A DNA stretch of 63,257 bases, the filler included, from Rhabdomonas costata (lineage: Eukaryota): assembly GCA_019059605.1 (NCBI GenBank). It is 49 parts of 49 records of this genome, joined end to end, with 100 filler letters (N's around TTAATTAATTAA, not from the genome) between each part and the next. Parts side by side here need not be neighbours in the genome. Positions count along the whole stretch, not along the records: positions 60,772 to 61,964 come from JAHMHO010024195.1; positions 62,065 to 63,257 come from JAHMHO010024196.1; 47 more parts are not named here. The stretch is one strand, 5' to 3'. The notes below the pieces were generated by a model. That model was not told the origin of the DNA, searched no databases, and saw nothing but the letters and a program-made list of their open reading frames with translations. How positions within the stretch are numbered: position 1 is the stretch's first letter; every line of letters begins with the position of its first letter. Made by a program: the position numbers and the translations under genes. Shown piece by piece: positions 61,102 through 63,257 of this stretch.

Positions 61102-62786
61102 GAGTGGAGATTGTAAAGCACTTCTACAGGCAGTACATCACCTCAGCGTTTATTTCAATTACTGCTTTGGTTTTGCATCTTTGTACGTTTTCCTTTCTTC
61201 TGACTTTCCTGCTGCGTTGGTCGTATCCTTTCCAACACTTCGTGGCACCAACTCACCTTGTTGTGCCCACTTCATTTCTTTGCCTCTTCATCTTATTGTA
61301 GTGCCCTGTTGCCAGCCGCAGGTTCTTGTTCTCTGGGGTTGGGTTTTCTTCGCGTGTCACCTCGGTGAGACAACTGGAAGCACCAAAATCACATACATTG
61401 TGTGCGCTCATCTGTTCTCGCAGCAAAGCTGCAAAATGAAGTGTGGGTCTCGTGAAGAGCCTGCCATTCGATTCCGCGTTGGTGACGCTTTGGTGGGGGG
61501 ATTCTGCCCACTACCAGGCCTTGTCATATGTCCCGCAGACGTTTACCCGCCATCGCGATTACAAATCGGGTTGTCTCAATACTTCGTCACATTTCCAGGT
61601 GATGTTTCTCATCCAAGGTCATTTAAAGTCCTGTATCAACCGGAGTCGAGCCAGGAGTCGAGCCGGACAGGGGGTGTTGGGGATTGCAGTTGGCCTGAGT
61701 CCTGGGGTGCACACAGCCGGAGAATCACCGCTCCTTGAACATACCCTTGTCACGGTCTCTTTTAGTTTTTTTATTTTTCCACTGTTCAACTTTTTTTCCT
61801 TCTCGCTTAATTACCTTTCGCTTTTTTGCCCTCTCGTGTGATGGCCTCCAAAAGAAAGCCCTCGGCTCGCTTGCCCAACCCTCCCGCCTGGGAGGTGCCT
61901 GGGCATCCCTACCACGGGCTCCGCCACAACCCCTCCGCAGCGGAGGGCCTTCGTACCCTTCGCTNNNNNNNNNNNNNNNNNNNNNNNNNNNNNNNNNNNN
62001 NNNNNNNNTTAATTAATTAANNNNNNNNNNNNNNNNNNNNNNNNNNNNNNNNNNNNNNNNNNNNGGTGTGGGGTGAGTGTGAGGGACCCATTTGCCATGG
62101 CGACGAGGTTGTCCTCTCTGTTGAGGGGTTGATACACTGACGCAATCGCACATCCCCAGCTCACACAGCTCACACTCACTCACACGGCCTTAACATATTC
62201 TCACAAAATCGTGGAATTGACCCTCAGAACTCTACAAAAACCCACGTTTTCTCTTCAGAGTTGTGAGAACCACCTTTCAAAAAAAATGAATTATGACGCT
62301 ATCTGCATTTTCCGCCCAAATTTGCTTGGATTACGCAAAAGTTTGGGCTCCACATTCAAGAAATGACTGGTTGACCGCGAACTTTCTTCTCCAAGTTCCC
62401 CGCTTTTTGATGGGCCTTGGACTCCGTACGTTCGCAGATGTCTCTCAAAGGGCGGCAAGCCTTCGACGGCAGGCTTCTAGGTTTTTTCGGTTTGTTTTTA
62501 GCCTGAGAGCGCTTTTTCTTTACTCTGTCCTCTCCTCTCTTCCTCTCTTCCATCTCCCAGTGACCAAAAGAACAAGAGAAAGCAAGCCACAAATTCGCTC
62601 GCTGCCTCGAGCTGTTTGCTTGGACCTTTGGAAAGCGTTATAAATACAAAGAGACACAGCTAGCAAATCTGAGACCACGCGCAAGCCCGAAAAATGCGGT
62701 TGGGCTCAGAGCTGGGGTTAGGATGGGGATCCTCCACCTTTCTCTCTCGTTGTGCACTGCAGTGTGGTCCCCCACCTCGCTTGCAG

Positions 62787-62933
62787 CTGTTTGTACGGAT
62801 GAAGCTCGGCGAGGCGACGCAGTTTACACAGGCCCTCCCGTACCAGAACCGGGGGGTCTCGTGGAACCAGGACATGGTGTTTGTGGAGGTGCCGTTGAAG
62901 CCCCATCCCTTCGACGCCTCCGCCACATGCAGC
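62787..62933 (+). CDS. Exon of a probable C2-domain protein
   Basis: LFVRMKLGEATQFTQALPYQNRGVSWNQDMVF resembles C2 strands (V...G....T......WN...F). Preceded by TTGCAG. Confidence 0.5.
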
Positions 62934-63257
62934 GTGCACCCCTTGGTCTGTATGTGTGTGTGGGATTTACTGTTTTCAGCGCAAGCAGAACAAGAACAGT
63001 TCCTTGAAGGTTAGTTTAGATGAATAGGAAGGAAGAGACTCTATGCACAATGCAATGCAGATTTGCTGTTTGCTTTTGCTTCTCGTCGGCATTATCAGCC
63101 TAACTGCTTCAAGACTGCAATCAGTCGGATTTCTCCAAGTCCGCCAGGATCTCTCCTGTTCAATTCTTTGTCTGGTTTTCTGGGAGAAAGAAAGGTCCAC
63201 GCACCAACTGCCAGCACACTCCTCCGCGCCCCTTAGGCCATCTCCTCGGAGTGCTTT

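Noticed and set aside
60872-61738. 288-aa ORF from the ORF track
   Set aside because: No recognisable motif, it runs through homopolymers and a 9-bp tandem repeat, and its composition looks non-coding.
1195-62064. Regularly spaced identical TTAATTAATTAA repeats resembling an array or CRISPR
   Set aside because: They are embedded in N runs and are artificial six-frame-stop linkers between contigs.
1-63257. Operon-like or defence-island clustering of ART, ATPase, RT and transposases
   Set aside because: Each lies on a separate contig grouped only by similar length, so adjacency has no biological meaning.

Overview
This window is not one locus. It is 49 unrelated contigs of about 1.19 kb each, joined by 48 artificial 100-nt spacers (N44-TTAATTAATTAA-N44), so nothing can be inferred from neighbourhood across spacers. 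Most contigs start with G/T-only and end with A/C-only bases, and five carry terminal fold-back inverted repeats. Both are typical of whole-genome-amplified single-cell DNA. The host is an intron-rich, probably flagellated protist, likely a euglenozoan. Evidence for this is a trypanosomatid-like MetRS and 5' splice sites of the form G(T/C)NYG. Recognisable gene fragments: ETF-alpha, alpha-SNAP, MetRS, TFIIH p44, SPCS2, a RETSAT-like oxidoreductase, TauE, a NO VEIN/sacsin-like ATPase, a dCache receptor, an ADP-ribosyltransferase, WD40, MORN, IQ and C2 proteins, and an intronless 39-aa helical-repeat (OPR-like) protein. Mobile elements: two Penelope-like RTs (one uninterrupted, with YRDN in place of YxDD), CRE-like non-LTR fragments, two Merlin/IS1595-like transposase fragments, a tyrosine-recombinase fragment and a MITE-like repeat with phased A-tracts. 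One very AT-rich contig looks like giant-virus DNA. All family assignments come from manual translation and remembered motifs; no searches were run.
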